In this document: positions 37,599 through 39,022 of the stretch, piece after piece | How positions within the stretch are numbered: position 1 is the first letter of the stretch | Layout of the letters: every line of letters starts with the position of its first letter | Assembly: GCA_049516875.1 (NCBI GenBank) | Contig: JBEKSS010000015.1 | Location: 1 to 39,022, forward strand | Origin: Candidatus Bathyarchaeia archaeon | GTDB lineage: Archaea > Thermoproteota > Bathyarchaeia > Bathyarchaeales > Bathycorpusculaceae | Direction of reading: 5' to 3' | Length of the DNA stretch: 39,022 nt | Notes under the pieces: generated by a model | Database searches by the model: none | Told to the model about the DNA's origin: nothing | What the model saw: the letters and a program-made list of their open reading frames with translations, nothing else | Translations under genes and position numbers: made by a program

Positions 37599-38039
37599 AG
37601 TATTTCTCTATAACGGTTTCAAACCAGTTTGTTAAAAGGCGAGAGTTTAACGAATTCGTTAATTTCAAGCTTCAGTCTCGAAATTACTCGCATGGTCAAA
37701 AAGGCGAGAGTTACTCGCTGTTTCGGGAGATATCTCCCACACCTTAGTTTTTTGTACTATTTTTCCAGTTGTATTCTTGTCCACGGGCCAGAAGATAGAC
37801 TCATCTACGGCTGTCTATGGCCTTGAGGGGAAAGAATGATCAAGAAGAAAAACGGTGAATTAACGGTATAGCATAGCGACTTTGATACAATGATTGAGTG
37901 TCAAAGGTGAATTAATTAATCAGTTGAGTAAAAAGGGAAAAAGTGGATCAGAGACTAAAGACGATAAGAATAAGAGTTGATTCAGACCTAAGATAGGTTG
38001 TTAGACCCTTCGCATCGGGTTTTGATAGGTGGCAAAATC

Positions 38040-38525
38040 ATGAAGCGAAGATTGGCAATTCTTGCAAGACTGCTGGTCATTGCACTTGTTATCCTTGCTC
38101 TTTTCCTCGTTTATTCAGCTGTATCATGGGTGTACGTCTCTTCGGCGCCAACTGTGACGACTGGCGCAGAGCTTTTGATAACGGTTATTCTCTGCCTTTC
38201 TGTTAGTTTATGGGCAGCATTCGTAGATAAGGAGGCGAATCGTTGGGAAGGAGTTTTGGTTTTTGTCGGATTGTTTTTTGGTTCATTGTTGTTTTTATAT
38301 TCATATGTTTCGGAGTCTTTTAGTTTGGATTGGATGATGATGACACAGCAGACTCCTGCGAGTATTAACAGTGTATCCATTGTAGTAGATTGTCTGTTGG
38401 CAATAACCATAATCCTTGCGCTTGCGGCTATTGCAGTTTTCATTCTGGTTCTCAGGCGTCGCGCGCGTGATGTACAAGGCAAACCTATCTTGGTCGAAGC
38501 TGCAAGACTCTTTCAAGAAACTTGA
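38040..38525 (+). CDS. 4-TM membrane protein, 3' end possibly replaced at the GC motif
   Basis: Four hydrophobic segments; the reading frame crosses CGCGCGCG 38460-38467 into unrelated sequence. Confidence 0.6.
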   Translation: MKRRLAILARLLVIALVILALFLVYSAVSWVYVSSAPTVTTGAELLITVILCLSVSLWAAFVDKEANRWEGVLVFVGLFFGSLLFLYSYVSESFSLDWMMMTQQTPASINSVSIVVDCLLAITIILALAAIAVFILVLRRRARDVQGKPILVEAARLFQET

Positions 38526-38631
38526 AGTAAAGAACCTAATCTACATCGAAACTGACGAATCCACTCGTAGAAGAAGAATTCGCCTGACTGAAAGCGGCGT
38601 AATCTTCGTCGCAAGACATAAAAACCACTGA
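38462..38631 (+). pseudogene. N-terminally truncated archaeal winged-HTH regulator
   Basis: RVMYKANLSWSKLQDSFKKLEVKNLI...IRLTESG, a typical (T.IMYKANLS) wHTH; starts exactly at the GC motif. Confidence 0.7.
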
Positions 38632-38648
38632 AGGACCTCTTAAGCAAC

Positions 38649-38929
38649 ATGAAGAAGATAGGCCAGCCCAAGGGCGAGTCTCCATCTCAGCTGATAGACG
38701 CGAAGATCAAGGAGTTGGGCGATTGGCGGGGCGAGACGCTATCTCGGTGAAGATGACCTTCTCCAAGGGCGCCTCGCTGAGGGACCCTTCGGGCCTCTTC
38801 AACTCCAGTCTCGAAGGTAACACAAGGCGCGCCATCGACTTTCACGAGGGTGACAAGGTCGACGGGGAGGCCCTGAAGGCACTTGTTCGCGCAGCGGTGG
38901 CGCTGAACATCTCCTCTAACCGAGTCTAG
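38649..38929 (+). pseudogene. DUF1801 (YdhG-like) protein with internal deletion
   Basis: SPSQLIDAKIKELGDWRGETLSR joined out of frame to VKMTFSKGASLRDPSGLFNSSLEGNTRRAIDFHEGD. The central EEWKW..PVW segment is missing; GC-rich. Confidence 0.8.
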
Positions 38930-39022
38930 TCGACGGGTCCAACGATCGCTCGGTACTCCTCGCCTGCTACCTCTCTCGAACGCCAGCGGCTGTCCGCACG
39001 GCTCTGCCAAGATACGATCAGG

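Noticed and set aside
27955-37630. CRISPR array or canonical integron attC sites
   Set aside because: Spacing is gene-sized and irregular, there are no RYYYAAC/GTTRRRY ends with attC-type bulged hairpins, and no intI is in the window.

Overview
Archaeal accessory region. Assignment to Bathyarchaeia is an inference from BRE/TATA-type promoters, frequent TTG/GTG starts and the protein families present. There are no core housekeeping genes, rRNA, tRNA or CRISPR array. The window is a mosaic of about 45 mostly single, unrelated adaptive genes (GNATs, CutA, TsaA, amidinotransferase, TMEM175, P-type H+-ATPase, OsmC, HIT, radical SAM, peroxiredoxin, HicAB, MBL hydrolase and others) plus many gene fragments, organised by two separate junction systems. 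(1) From ~0.7 to 31.3 kb and at 38.46 kb, genes and fragments are bounded by short palindromic (A)GCGCGC(GC)(T) motifs. The same motif forms the termini of a family of 185-305 bp inverted-repeat elements, and one of these directly abuts the stop codon of a remnant resembling a stand-alone Cas1. Several genes are cut exactly at the motif. (2) From 27.9 to 37.6 kb, a tandem, co-oriented array of single genes is separated by a ~30-70 bp repeat (TTTGCGGAAAAGTTATAGCYGAAYCGA) carrying a BRE/TATA inside an inverted repeat, with three paralogs of one family and two of another. Together these look like integron-like gene-cassette arrays without attC sites or an IntI in the window, possibly Cas1/casposase-related (hypothesis).
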